A DNA stretch of 32,836 nucleotides, taken from the NCBI GenBank assembly GCA_000002435.2, contig AACB03000007.1. The stretch is one strand, 5' to 3'. This document shows, in pieces, positions 8,388-18,941 of the stretch. The stretch is from Giardia intestinalis (Eukaryota). Position 1 is the stretch's first letter. Each line of letters opens with the position of its first letter. Both the position numbers and the translations under genes were made by a program. The notes below the pieces were generated by a model that was not told the origin of the DNA, searched no databases, and saw nothing but the letters and a program-made list of their open reading frames with translations.

Positions 8388-10211
8388 TCACGCCTTCCCC
8401 CTGCACACGAACCACCAGCAGAGGAAGCCCACGAGGCCCCCCACGACAGCGATGACAGCCACGGAGATCCCTGCTATGGCACCAGTACTGAGGCCGCTTC
8501 TGTTGCCCCCGCTGGGCTTGGTGGACACGCACGCCTCACCCTCCAGCCTGTAGTCGTCCCCGCACTGGCCGCACTTGTTCTCCTCGCTGCACCTGACGCA
8601 CCCGTCGATATTGCAGGCGATGCACTTCGTTCCGTCTGTGTTCGGCCTCTGGTCTTTACTGGTACAGGCCTCGCACTTATCGCCTGCTCCACAGTGCGAG
8701 CATCCGTCAACGGTACATGCGAAGCACCCGCTCCCAGCCAGGTTGGGCTTGTTGTTGTTGGTACACGCTGTACACACAGCAGCAGTCATGCCACCATCAG
8801 ATGGAGCTGCTGGGGCTGTACACTGTGAACAGTTGAGTACCCCCACGTATGCCTTAGCAGTATCACCAGTGCCTACTAGTGTGCCTAGGGGGTTCTCGCA
8901 GGCCAGGACAGACTGATCAGTATTGGATGCCCCCGGGACCAGGAAGTACCGGCCGTTCTCGCTGGGGGCGGTGCACCTCCCTCCCTCGGCAGTCTTGCAC
9001 ATGTGGCTGCCAGGAGCCTTCGACACATCATAGCAGCCGCCCATGTACAGGAAGAACCCGGCAGCACACCGGGTGCAGACGCCATTGGCACAGGTGTTGT
9101 CACCCTTAGTTCCTGTGCAGATCCCATCGATGGGGAACGTGGCGGGGTCTCCGCACAGCGAGCAGTACTGGGAGAACGCCCCGGCGCTGTCAACGACGAC
9201 CGCCCCGCAGGCCCCAGACGTCCCCCCGCAGGCCGTGGGGTCCTCGCAGGCCTTTGTGCACTTCACCGGATTGGTTCCCTCCTTGCGATAGTTGGACTTG
9301 CAATCGGTGCATGTAGGGGTTAGGCCGCTGTTACATTGGGAGCACCCCTCGATGCCATTGTCGGCTTTACTGTCGCAGGCGAAGCACTTACCAGCAGAGC
9401 CGGGTTGTTTCATGAAGAATCCAGGCTTGCATTTAGTGCACTGATCATTGCCAGCAGCAGAGCATGTAGCACAGTTGGCACCGCAAGCTGTGCATGTATC
9501 AGAACCAAAGTATCCGTCGAGGCAAGCTGAGCAGGTCGGCTTGGCTCCGTTCTTCTTACACGTTTTACAATTAGCAATCCCCTTGTCGTTTGCTTCTGTT
9601 CCTGTTGTTGTATCACTGCATAATATGCACTTGGTGCTATCATCACTCAGAAAGTGGGATCCGTCGACGTTATCTGTTGCGCACCCAGCATCATCGACGC
9701 AAGTGGTTGTCCCATCCAGCTCTGTCTTCACCTTCTTATTGTTACAGGCGGTGCACTGGGGCTTGCTGACAGTCGTGTTGTACTCACACGCGGTGCAATC
9801 TGCTATACCAGACTCCTTGCATGTCATTGTCATAGGGTCAGCATAAGTGTTTCCAGTGCATCCATCACTATTCACGCATGCATTATCCTTCAGGAACGTA
9901 TTTCCCTTACAAGAGGTACACTGGGTCGCCGATGTCTCACAGGTCAGACAAGTACCATCACATTTGGTACATGCCTGAGAGTCCATGTAGTACCCATCTT
10001 GACACTCGGTGCACGTGGCCGCTCCTGTATTGCCACCAGGTGCCGTGCACTTGAGACAGTTGGCCACTCCCTTGTTCTCATTCGCTCCTGTGGCATCATG
10101 ACAGAGGATGCACTCCCCACCAGGGGTCACCTTGTCTGCCCCATTCTGGAATATGTACTGACTATCTGTATTACAAGCAGTGCACAGTCCTCCCTCAGCC
10201 TTTGTGCATAT
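8388..10211 (-). CDS. Unit 5: VSP paralog (about 607 codons, type d). It is intact and has no ATG.
   Basis: ORF 8388..10130 starts at a GTG (reading VTPGGE). The frame is open upstream to 10211 with ICTKAEGGLCTACNTDSQYIFQNGADKVTPGGECILCHD. It ends in ..WWFVCRGKA then stop. The C-terminal module is identical to unit 2 ([90 protein letters not shown]). Confidence 0.85.
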   Translation of the reverse strand: MCTKAEGGLCTACNTDSQYIFQNGADKVTPGGECILCHDATGANENKGVANCLKCTAPGGNTGAATCTECQDGYYMDSQACTKCDGTCLTCETSATQCTSCKGNTFLKDNACVNSDGCTGNTYADPMTMTCKESGIADCTACEYNTTVSKPQCTACNNKKVKTELDGTTTCVDDAGCATDNVDGSHFLSDDSTKCILCSDTTTGTEANDKGIANCKTCKKNGAKPTCSACLDGYFGSDTCTACGANCATCSAAGNDQCTKCKPGFFMKQPGSAGKCFACDSKADNGIEGCSQCNSGLTPTCTDCKSNYRKEGTNPVKCTKACEDPTACGGTSGACGAVVVDSAGAFSQYCSLCGDPATFPIDGICTGTKGDNTCANGVCTRCAAGFFLYMGGCYDVSKAPGSHMCKTAEGGRCTAPSENGRYFLVPGASNTDQSVLACENPLGTLVGTGDTAKAYVGVLNCSQCTAPAAPSDGGMTAAVCTACTNNNKPNLAGSGCFACTVDGCSHCGAGDKCEACTSKDQRPNTDGTKCIACNIDGCVRCSEENKCGQCGDDYRLEGEACVSTKPSGGNRSGLSTGAIAGISVAVIAVVGGLVGFLCWWFVCRGKA

Positions 10212-10271
10212 CTCACTCCACTATCATACTATCACCCTCTATCACACATTGTACAGCATTCACTACCTAAG
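10212..10271 (-). promoter_or_regulatory. Inter-VSP spacer (60 nt) with a poly(A) signal at 10258..10264.
   Basis: TGA CTTAGGT AGTGAAT variant. Same tract. Confidence 0.7.
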
Positions 10272-13200
10272 TCACGCCTTCCCCCTGCACACGAACCACC
10301 AACACAAGAAGCCCACGAGGCCCCCCACGACAGCGATGACAGCCACGGAGATCCCTGCTATGGCACCAGTACTGAGGCCGCTCTTGTTGACGCTTCCGCC
10401 GGTGTTGTCGCCAGTGCCGTCGCCCATCACGAAGCACATGAACGCACCGGTGGATGACACCGTGCACTGCCTGCACCCAGCGAGCCCCTCAGAGCACGGA
10501 TTACACTTTGTCCCAGCACTCTGCGGTTTGTAATATCCAGTGCTGCATGTAGCACAGGCGTTAGCGTCGTTAGCAGCCGTGCATGTCTCGCAGCTAAGAT
10601 GGCACCTTTTATTGGAACAATCGCCATTATCAGCCGTTAGACCACTGGCACATTTTGTACATTTTCCTCCCTGCACTGTAGTACACACTTGCTTGCCAGG
10701 CTGTCTATCTGTCTGATAGCAACCGCCATCTTTGAGGAAGTAGTTATTTTCACATTGAGTGCATGCTCCATTACTCACCGTAGTGCAAAATCGTGTTCGC
10801 GTATTGGCCGCACAGTTGCCATCCAGTGGTGCCTGTTGAGTGTTCTTGCACTTTGAGCAGTATGCAGTTCCTCCTATCTGAGCCCCACACTCTGCGCATC
10901 CATCGTTTGTAGAACTCACGCTGCACTGGTTCATGCACGTGCCCCCATTGGCAGGAGTATCAGCATCTGTATACTGAAGCATCCTCCCAGCAGGACAAGC
11001 CGTACACTTATCAGCGCCCTCACCCTTGCACTCTACGCACGCATCGTTGCACTTCTTGCACTTTCTGTCAGTGTCATTTCCGTAGTAGCCCTTGAGGGTC
11101 GTGCAGTCAGATACGCATTGACTGGTTGGGGTGAGGTAGTACTCAGACAGACACTTTGTACAGACCTCCTTATCGGCACCTTCACTGGTGCACTCCAAAC
11201 AGTGCTCTGTGTTACAGTTACTGATTGGTTGGCATTCAGTCGATTCAGTATTAGGTTGGAGTCCTTCGTTGCACTCGCACACTTGGCTATCCTGTCCGGT
11301 GGCCTTGGGGGTAGAGTTAGCAGGGCAACTAGCAACGCACGACTTTCTGTTGAGACCAAAGATGGTCTTCGTATCAGTCGTACACGTCTTACAAACCACT
11401 CCGTTGGCGCCTTTCTCACAAGTGGTGCAGTCAGTTGTTCCAGCCGACACACATGTATTGCACTCCTTTGCTTCTTCATCAACGTAGTGGGTTGCCGGAC
11501 AACCAGCTGTGTCAACGCACGTGCCGGTTGTGGACTCGCCATCCTTCTTCAGGTACTTCTTGGTCCCAGACGTTTTACACAGGCTGCACTTCTGTTGCTC
11601 CTTGGCCACGCACACAGCGCAATTATCATCTGCACACGCGGTGCACTTCTTCTCGGTAGCGTCGATGAAGAAGCCCTCCTCATTAGTACACGCCTCTGCG
11701 CTAACACAGCTGGGTGCATCGCCAGCTTTAAAGTAGAATCCATCAACACACTCCCCACATATATTGTCCACCACACAGCTCTTGCAATCACCCACAGAGC
11801 ATGTCACACACCCACTACCACCCTTGTTGGGCTTCTTACCACTGTCACAGGCAGTACACACAGCGGCAGCCATACCAACTGTTGTTAGAGCTGCTGGGGC
11901 TGTACACTGGGAGCAGCCATGTACCCCCACATATGCCTTAGCGGTACCTTGAGGATCTACTAGTGTGCCTAGGGGGTTACTACATGCCAACACGGACTGC
12001 TGAGCATTGGATGCCCCTGGTACCAGGAAGTACTTATTATTCTCATTAACAGCGGTACAGACACCGTTGGCTGCTGTCTTGCACATGGACTTACCCGGCT
12101 GAGTTGACACACTATAACAACCACCCATGTATAGGAAGTATCCCGTAGTACATGATGTACATATATGATTATCACAAGTATTCCCATTCTTTTGACCACT
12201 ATCAACACACTTCCCATCAATTGGTATCTTATTGGTCTCTCCACAGTAGGAACAGTAGTGCTTTGTGGTGCCCTGATCATCAATTATCATGGCATCACAA
12301 GCACCAGAGGTACCCCCGCAGGCAGTATCATCCTCACAGGTTTTGGTACATGTAACAGGACTGGTACCGCTCTGCTTGTAGTTCGCTTTACAGCCAGTAC
12401 ACTTGAAAGTACTGGCCTCCTTTGTACACTCAGCACACCCATCGATGCCCCCATTGTTTGTGTCACTACATGAGATGCACTTTCCTGCCGGTTTTGCAAC
12501 CTCAACGAGGAAGAACCCTGCCTTACAGGTCAGGCACTTATCCTCAGCAGTTTCAGCTGAGCATGTGGCACAGTTGGCGTGACAGGGGGTGCATGTTACT
12601 GAACCAACTCCGGTACTTTTGTATCCCTCCAGGCATTCTGTGCAAGTTGGATTAGCACTCGCTGTCTTCATGCAAGCCTTACAGCCAGCAATGCCTTTGT
12701 TCTTTTGTTCTGGATCCGACGCTGCGGGATCACTGCACAAACGACACACGTTGTCTTCGGTCATAAAGAGACCGTTATCAGCTCCTTGACACCCGGCGTA
12801 GTTCTTCGCCACGCAGGTCGAGGTTCCATCAAGGGTCGTCCTGGGGATCTTACTGCTATCACAAGCTGTGCACTTCGGCTTCTTGGTAGTCGAATCAACT
12901 TCACACTGGGTACATGCTTGATCTATCGTGTTGCAGTCCCTACAAGTTCCCGACTCTGGGTCAGCATAAGTGTTTCCAGTGCACTCATTACTATTCACGC
13001 ATGCATTATCCTTCAGGAACGTATTTCCCTTACAAGAGGTACACTGGGTCGCCGACGTCTCACAGGTCAGGCAAGAGTCGTTGCACTTCTCACATGCGCC
13101 GTTACTATTTAGAAAGTATCCCTCTGTGCATGCAGTACACGTGGCAGCCCCCTTGTTACTGTCTGGCGCTGTGCATGTGGCGCAGCTCTCCACTCCCTTA

Positions 13201-13340
13201 TATCCATTCGCTCCTGTGGCATCATGACAGAGTATGCACTCCCCACCAGGGGTCACCTTGTCTGCCCCATTCTGGAATATGTACTGACTATCTGTATTAC
13301 AAGCAGTGCACAGTCCTCCCTCAGCCTTTGTGCATATCAC
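10272..13340 (-). CDS. Unit 6: long double-core VSP (1022 codons). It is intact and has no ATG.
   Basis: A single ORF runs from a GTG start (13338-13340) to the CRGKA stop. It has two GGCY modules: YMGGCYSVSTQPG encoded near 12100-12140, and KDGGCYQTDRQPG encoded near 10700-10740. About 440 extra Cys-rich residues are inserted between the usual C-terminal module and the TM/CRGKA tail. Confidence 0.85.
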   Translation of the reverse strand: MICTKAEGGLCTACNTDSQYIFQNGADKVTPGGECILCHDATGANGYKGVESCATCTAPDSNKGAATCTACTEGYFLNSNGACEKCNDSCLTCETSATQCTSCKGNTFLKDNACVNSNECTGNTYADPESGTCRDCNTIDQACTQCEVDSTTKKPKCTACDSSKIPRTTLDGTSTCVAKNYAGCQGADNGLFMTEDNVCRLCSDPAASDPEQKNKGIAGCKACMKTASANPTCTECLEGYKSTGVGSVTCTPCHANCATCSAETAEDKCLTCKAGFFLVEVAKPAGKCISCSDTNNGGIDGCAECTKEASTFKCTGCKANYKQSGTSPVTCTKTCEDDTACGGTSGACDAMIIDDQGTTKHYCSYCGETNKIPIDGKCVDSGQKNGNTCDNHICTSCTTGYFLYMGGCYSVSTQPGKSMCKTAANGVCTAVNENNKYFLVPGASNAQQSVLACSNPLGTLVDPQGTAKAYVGVHGCSQCTAPAALTTVGMAAAVCTACDSGKKPNKGGSGCVTCSVGDCKSCVVDNICGECVDGFYFKAGDAPSCVSAEACTNEEGFFIDATEKKCTACADDNCAVCVAKEQQKCSLCKTSGTKKYLKKDGESTTGTCVDTAGCPATHYVDEEAKECNTCVSAGTTDCTTCEKGANGVVCKTCTTDTKTIFGLNRKSCVASCPANSTPKATGQDSQVCECNEGLQPNTESTECQPISNCNTEHCLECTSEGADKEVCTKCLSEYYLTPTSQCVSDCTTLKGYYGNDTDRKCKKCNDACVECKGEGADKCTACPAGRMLQYTDADTPANGGTCMNQCSVSSTNDGCAECGAQIGGTAYCSKCKNTQQAPLDGNCAANTRTRFCTTVSNGACTQCENNYFLKDGGCYQTDRQPGKQVCTTVQGGKCTKCASGLTADNGDCSNKRCHLSCETCTAANDANACATCSTGYYKPQSAGTKCNPCSEGLAGCRQCTVSSTGAFMCFVMGDGTGDNTGGSVNKSGLSTGAIAGISVAVIAVVGGLVGFLCWWFVCRGKA

Positions 13341-13397
13341 ACTCCACTATCATACTATCACCCTCTATCACACATTGTACAGCATTCACTACCCAAG
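13341..13397 (-). promoter_or_regulatory. Inter-VSP spacer (57 nt) with a poly(A) signal at 13384..13390.
   Basis: Same conserved spacer. Confidence 0.7.
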
Positions 13398-15146
13398 TCA
13401 CGCCTTCCCCCTGCACACGAACCACCAGCAGAGGAAGCCCACGAGGCCCCCCACGACGACGACCACGGCCACGGAGATCCCCGCGATGGCCCCCGTGGAG
13501 AGCCCGCCCCTGTTGGTACTCATAGACACACAGGAGGTCCCACTGCTGTCTAGACTGTACCCATCAACACACTCCCCACACACATCATCCACCACACAGC
13601 TCTTGCAGTCACTCACAGAGCACAGCACACACCCACTACCATCCCTGTTGGGCTTCTTACTACTGTCACAAGAGGTACACACAGCGACAGTCATACCAGC
13701 CCCAGTCAGAGCTGCTGGGGCTGTACACTGCGAACAGCCATCCACCCCCACATATGCCTTAGAGGTATCACCAGTGCCTACTAGTGTGCCAAGGGAGTTG
13801 CTACATGCCAATACAGACTGATTCTGATTGGTTGCCCCAGGGACTATGAAGTACCTATTGTTGGCATTAACAGCGGTACAGACACCGTTGGCTGCTGTCT
13901 TGCACATATGTTGTCCAGGTACTGTATCAACCTTGTAACAACCTCCCATATACAAGAAGTAGTTGTTAGTGCATTGTGTACATACACCTTGATCACATTG
14001 ATTATTTGCTTTAGCACTATTACACTTCCCATCTATAGGATACGTATTAGCTTCTCCACAGTATGAGCAATAATGATGCTCTACACCCTTATCATCAATC
14101 ACTATTGCATCGCAGGCACCAGAAGTTCCTCCACAGGCAGTATCATCTTCACAGATCTTGGTGCATGTGACAGAGCCAGTACTGCCCTCCTTGCGATAGT
14201 TAGGCTTACAGTCAGTGCACTTGAAAGCACCGTTGTTAGAGCAGACACTGCAGCCTTCGCGACCCTTATCGTCTACGCTATCGCATGGGACGCACTTCTT
14301 CCCCTGTTGATCTGTAGTAGTTACTAAGAAGTATCCAGTCTTGCAGGTTTCACACTTATTTGGATCACCAGCAACAGAGCATGTGGCACAGTTATCACCA
14401 CACTTGTCTGTACATGTACTAGTACCACTATCAAAGAAGTATCCATCGAGACAGGCTGAGCAGGTTGGATTGTCACTTCCTGTTTTCGTACATGTCTTGC
14501 AGTTGGCCTTTCCTTCGTTACCAAGAGTTGAATCTGTCACATCACTACAAAGAGCACACGTTTTGTCCTCCTTCATAAATAAGGCCTCGTCAGCGCCCTC
14601 GCATCCTTCAAGCGTCTTCGCCACGCAGGTCGATGTCCCGTCGAGGGCCGTCCTGGGGGTCTTATTGGTCCCGCAGTTAGTGCACTTCGGCTTCCCCGTG
14701 GCCTTGTCGAAGGAGCATGCCGTGCACTCTGCGTGTATCGTACTACATGCCTTGCATGTTCCCGACTCCGGGTCAGCATAAGTGTTTCCATCGCATCCAG
14801 TATCTTGTACACATTGATTACTCTTCAGGTACTTCCCCTCTGGGCACGATGTACAATGATTCTGACCACTTCCATCGCAGGTCAGACAAGCGTCATTACA
14901 TTTGACACATGTCTGAGAGTTCTTGTAGTATCCATCTTGGCACTCTGTACACGTGGCAGGTCCTGGACTACTGTCTGACTTGGTACACTGTGCGCAGTTA
15001 GCCACCCCTGTATATCCATCTGCCCCATTGACATCATGACAGAGGATGCACTCACTACCAGGCTTCTGAGGTGTAACTGGGTTCTTGAACAGGCCGTTAG
15101 CTGTCTTACAAGCAGTGCACAGTCCTCCCTCAGCCTTTGTGCATAT
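13398..15146 (-). CDS. Unit 7: VSP paralog (about 582 codons, type c). It is intact and has no ATG.
   Basis: ORF 13398..15005 starts at a GTG (..GVANCAQC). The frame is open upstream to 15146 (ICTKAEGGLCTACKTANGLFKNPVTPQKPGSECILCHDVNGADGYTG). It is almost identical to unit 4. The TM region is slightly different (AVVVVVGG). It ends CRGKA then stop. Confidence 0.85.
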   Translation of the reverse strand: MCTKAEGGLCTACKTANGLFKNPVTPQKPGSECILCHDVNGADGYTGVANCAQCTKSDSSPGPATCTECQDGYYKNSQTCVKCNDACLTCDGSGQNHCTSCPEGKYLKSNQCVQDTGCDGNTYADPESGTCKACSTIHAECTACSFDKATGKPKCTNCGTNKTPRTALDGTSTCVAKTLEGCEGADEALFMKEDKTCALCSDVTDSTLGNEGKANCKTCTKTGSDNPTCSACLDGYFFDSGTSTCTDKCGDNCATCSVAGDPNKCETCKTGYFLVTTTDQQGKKCVPCDSVDDKGREGCSVCSNNGAFKCTDCKPNYRKEGSTGSVTCTKICEDDTACGGTSGACDAIVIDDKGVEHHYCSYCGEANTYPIDGKCNSAKANNQCDQGVCTQCTNNYFLYMGGCYKVDTVPGQHMCKTAANGVCTAVNANNRYFIVPGATNQNQSVLACSNSLGTLVGTGDTSKAYVGVDGCSQCTAPAALTGAGMTVAVCTSCDSSKKPNRDGSGCVLCSVSDCKSCVVDDVCGECVDGYSLDSSGTSCVSMSTNRGGLSTGAIAGISVAVVVVVGGLVGFLCWWFVCRGKA

Positions 15147-15206
15147 CTCACTCCACTATCATACTATCACCCTCTATCACACATTGTACAGCATTCACTA
15201 CCCAAG
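15147..15206 (-). promoter_or_regulatory. Inter-VSP spacer (60 nt) with a poly(A) signal at 15193..15199.
   Basis: Same conserved spacer. Confidence 0.7.
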
Positions 15207-17072
15207 TCACGCCTTCCCTCTACATATGAACCACCAGCAGAGGAAGCCCACGAGGCCCCCCACGACAGCGATGACAGCCACGGAGATCCCCGCGATGGCC
15301 CCCGTGGAGAGCCCGCTCCTGTTGGTGCCAGAGGACACACACATGCCATCCCTCGGGACATAGCCCTCCTCGCACTCCCCGCAGACGCCCTCTGCGCTGC
15401 ACCGCATGCACCTCTCTATGTCACAGACAATGCACTGGGTGCCGTCCAGGCTGGGTCTCTGGTCTTTATTGGTACATGCCTCACACTTGTTGTCTGCGCT
15501 GCAGTGAGAGCAGCCCTGGGCCGGACACACATAGCAGGTGCTTCCAGCCATGTTGGGCTTCTTATTGTCCTCAGCACACACCTCGCACATCCCGTCGATG
15601 GCGCAGCTCTTGCACCCGCCGACCGCACACAGGGTGCACCCGCTGCCATCCTTGTTGGGCTTCTTCGTCTTGTCGCACGCACTACAGACCGCCGCGGCCA
15701 TCGCATTGGCGGCTGGCGCCTGCGGGGCCGCGCACGCCGTGCAGTCTAGCACGCCGACGTACGCCTTGTCGCCCGCGGTCGCTCCCACAGGGTTGCCACA
15801 GGCAAGCACGGACTGCTGAGCAGCAGAGTCCCCAGGAATCTTGAAGTAGCGCCCGACCGGTGTGGTGCAGAACCCACTTGGAGCCGCAGAGCACATGAGG
15901 TTGCCAGGAGCCTTCGACACATCATAGCAACCACCCATATAGAGGAAGTAGTTGTTGGTGCACCGCGTACATACGCCATCGGCGCAGGTATTACCTGCAA
16001 GTGCATTGGTGCACTTCCCATTAATAGGGCCATAGCCGGCGCCAACACACTTTGAACAGTAAGAGAGCATGCTGCCGTCGTTGCCGACCACGATGGCGTC
16101 GCAGGCCCCTGCTGTCCCTCCACATGCAGTCTCATCTTCACAGGTCTTTGTACATGTGAGGTCGCTAGGTTCTCCGCTGGGTCTGTAGTTGGGCTTACAT
16201 TCAGTGCATTTGAGGGACCCCACGCCGCCTGTGCACTCGGCACAGCCTGGAATCCCACTTGTCTCGTCATCACAGAGAACGCATGTCTTAGGCGGGCCAT
16301 CCTTAAGGAAGTACCCCGGCATGCATCTTGTACATGTGTTGATTTGACCCGCTGTTCCGCACTCTGCGCAGTTTCCTGTGCAGGCCTCGCAGGCGTTTCC
16401 GTTGACTTTATACCCGTCGACACAAGCCTCGCAGGTGCCTTTTGCGGTGCACAGCTTGCAGTTCTGGACTCCGCCCTTACCATTGTCGCCGCACTGCACG
16501 CACTTCGAGGCGTCGTAGAAGTGCGTCTTGCCCACTTTGCACTCGGCCTCATCAACACAGGTCGTTGTCCCATCCAGCTCGTCTCTGACCGTCTTACTAC
16601 CGCAGTCGGTGCACTTCGGCTTTCCCGTGGCGTCGTCGTATGCACACGCGGTGCATCCTTGTATCTCACTGCAGGCCTTACAGGTCCAGGTCTTCTTGTC
16701 CGCATAGTTACCATTGTCACATCCACCAGCATCTACACAAGTGTTACCATCCTTCAGGTACTTCCCCTCAACGCAGGCGGTACACTGAGTCGGAGTATCA
16801 GCTGAGCAAGCAGAGCAGCCGTCTCCGCACTTCACACATGCACTGTCCTTCGTAACGAACCCTGCTTGACACTCTGTACACGTGGCCGGTCCGCTAGTGC
16901 CCGTGTGGGAGCATTCTGAGCATCCAGCGACTCCCATGACCCCGTTTCTATTTATAGTATCGGAGCACAGTATGCACTCACTACCCTTCTCTGGTGTTGC
17001 AGCCGGGTTCTTGAACAGGCCGTTAGCTGCCTTACAAGCAGTGCACAGTCCTCCCTCAGCCTTTGTGCATAT
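15207..17072 (-). CDS. Unit 8: VSP paralog (type b, about 621 codons). Its protein is essentially identical to unit 3, and it has the internal ATG at 16935-16937.
   Basis: ORF 15207..16937 matches the unit 3 ORF except for one V/I in the TM. The frame is open upstream to 17072 (..CSDTINRNGVMGVAG). It ends WWFICRGKA then stop. Confidence 0.85.
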   Translation of the reverse strand: MCTKAEGGLCTACKAANGLFKNPAATPEKGSECILCSDTINRNGVMGVAGCSECSHTGTSGPATCTECQAGFVTKDSACVKCGDGCSACSADTPTQCTACVEGKYLKDGNTCVDAGGCDNGNYADKKTWTCKACSEIQGCTACAYDDATGKPKCTDCGSKTVRDELDGTTTCVDEAECKVGKTHFYDASKCVQCGDNGKGGVQNCKLCTAKGTCEACVDGYKVNGNACEACTGNCAECGTAGQINTCTRCMPGYFLKDGPPKTCVLCDDETSGIPGCAECTGGVGSLKCTECKPNYRPSGEPSDLTCTKTCEDETACGGTAGACDAIVVGNDGSMLSYCSKCVGAGYGPINGKCTNALAGNTCADGVCTRCTNNYFLYMGGCYDVSKAPGNLMCSAAPSGFCTTPVGRYFKIPGDSAAQQSVLACGNPVGATAGDKAYVGVLDCTACAAPQAPAANAMAAAVCSACDKTKKPNKDGSGCTLCAVGGCKSCAIDGMCEVCAEDNKKPNMAGSTCYVCPAQGCSHCSADNKCEACTNKDQRPSLDGTQCIVCDIERCMRCSAEGVCGECEEGYVPRDGMCVSSGTNRSGLSTGAIAGISVAVIAVVGGLVGFLCWWFICRGKA

Positions 17073-17132
17073 CTCACTCCACTATCATACTATCACCCTC
17101 TATCACACATTGTACAGCATTCACTACCCAAG
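17073..17132 (-). promoter_or_regulatory. Inter-VSP spacer (60 nt) with a poly(A) signal at 17119..17125.
   Basis: Same conserved spacer. Confidence 0.7.
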
Positions 17133-18941
17133 TCACGCCTTCCCCCTGCACACGAACCACCAGCAGAGGAAGCCCACGAGGCCCCCCACGACAGCGATGA
17201 CAGCGACGGAGATCCCTGCTATGGCACCAGTACTGAGGCCGCTCTTGTTGGTGCCAGAGGACGCACAGGAGGTCCCACTGCTGTCAGGGCTGTATCCATC
17301 GTTGCACACACAGACAGAGTCGGTGTCAGTGGAGTTGCTGGGGCAGCTATCCACGCATGACTTCCTTCCAGGGCTCACCTTCTTACCACTACTGCATGCC
17401 TCGCACATGTTGTCCATATCACAGTGCGAGCATCCACTAACGGTACATGGGAAGCACCCGCTCCCAGCCAGGTTGGGCTTGTTGTTGTTGGTACACGCTG
17501 TGCACGTGGCGGCAGTCATGCCACCATCAGATGGAGCTGCTGGGGCCGTACATGCCGAACAGCCATCTACCCCCACATATGCCTTAGAGGTATCACCAGT
17601 GCCTACTAGTGTGCCTAGGGGGTTCTCGCAGGCCAGGACAGACTGATCAGTATTGGATGCCCCCGGGACCAGGAAGTACCGGCCGTTCTCGCTGGGGGCG
17701 GTGCACCTCCCTCCCTCGGCAGTCTTGCACATGTGGCTGCCAGGAGCCTTCGACACATCATAGCAGCCGCCCATGTACAGGAAGAACCCGGCAGCACACC
17801 GGGTGCAGACGCCATTGGCACAGGTGTTGTCACCCTTAGTTCCTGTGCAGATCCCATCGATGGGGAACGTGGCGGGGTCTCCGCACAGCGAGCAGTACTG
17901 GGAGAACGCCCCGGCGCTGTCAACGACGACCGCCCCGCAGGCCCCAGACGTCCCCCCGCAGGCCGTGGGGTCCTCGCAGGCCTTTGTGCACTTCACCGGA
18001 TTGGTTCCCTCCTTGCGATAGTTGGACTTGCAATCGGTGCATGTAGGGGTTAGGCCGCTGTTACATTGGGAGCACCCCTCGATGCCATTGTCGGCTTTAC
18101 TGTCGCAGGCGAAGCACTTACCAGCAGAGCCGGGTTGTTTCATGAAGAATCCAGGCTTGCATTTAGTGCACTGATCATTGCCAGCAGCAGAGCATGTAGC
18201 ACAGTTGGCACCGCAAGCTGTGCATGTATCAGAACCAAAGTATCCGTCGAGGCAAGCTGAGCAGGTCGGCTTGGCTCCGTTCTTCTTACACGTTTTACAA
18301 TTAGCAATCCCCTTGTCGTTTGCTTCTGTTCCTGTTGTTGTATCACTGCATAATATGCACTTGGTGCTATCATCACTCAGAAAGTGGGATCCGTCGACGT
18401 TATCTGTTGCGCACCCAGCATCATCGACGCAAGTGGTTGTCCCATCCAGCTCTGTCTTCACCTTCTTATTGTTACAGGCGGTGCACTGGGGCTTGCTGAC
18501 AGTCGTGTTGTACTCACACGCGGTGCAATCTGCTATACCAGACTCCTTGCATGTCATTGTCATAGGGTCAGCATAAGTGTTTCCAGTGCATCCATCACTA
18601 TTCACGCATGCATTATCCTTCAGGAACGTATTTCCCTTACAAGAGGTACACTGGGTCGCCGATGTCTCACAGGTCAGACAAGTACCATCACATTTGGTAC
18701 ATGCCTGAGAGTCCATGTAGTACCCATCTTGACACTCGGTGCACGTGGCCGCTCCTGTATTGCCACCAGGTGCCGTGCACTTGAGACAGTTGGCCACTCC
18801 CTTGTTCTCATTCGCTCCTGTGGCATCATGACAGAGGATGCACTCCCCACCAGGGGTCACCTTGTCTGCCCCATTCTGGAATATGTACTTGTTATCTGCC
18901 TTACAAGCAGTGCACAGTCCTCCCTCAGCCTTTGTGCATAT
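17133..18941 (-). CDS. Unit 9: VSP paralog (about 602 codons). It combines a type d N-terminus and centre with a unique C-terminal module.
   Basis: ORF 17133..18860 is extended in frame to 18941 (ICTKAEGGLCTACKADNKYIFQNGADKVTPGGE..). The C-terminal module [73 protein letters not shown] is not seen in any other unit. It ends CRGKA then stop. Confidence 0.85.
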   Translation of the reverse strand: MCTKAEGGLCTACKADNKYIFQNGADKVTPGGECILCHDATGANENKGVANCLKCTAPGGNTGAATCTECQDGYYMDSQACTKCDGTCLTCETSATQCTSCKGNTFLKDNACVNSDGCTGNTYADPMTMTCKESGIADCTACEYNTTVSKPQCTACNNKKVKTELDGTTTCVDDAGCATDNVDGSHFLSDDSTKCILCSDTTTGTEANDKGIANCKTCKKNGAKPTCSACLDGYFGSDTCTACGANCATCSAAGNDQCTKCKPGFFMKQPGSAGKCFACDSKADNGIEGCSQCNSGLTPTCTDCKSNYRKEGTNPVKCTKACEDPTACGGTSGACGAVVVDSAGAFSQYCSLCGDPATFPIDGICTGTKGDNTCANGVCTRCAAGFFLYMGGCYDVSKAPGSHMCKTAEGGRCTAPSENGRYFLVPGASNTDQSVLACENPLGTLVGTGDTSKAYVGVDGCSACTAPAAPSDGGMTAATCTACTNNNKPNLAGSGCFPCTVSGCSHCDMDNMCEACSSGKKVSPGRKSCVDSCPSNSTDTDSVCVCNDGYSPDSSGTSCASSGTNKSGLSTGAIAGISVAVIAVVGGLVGFLCWWFVCRGKA

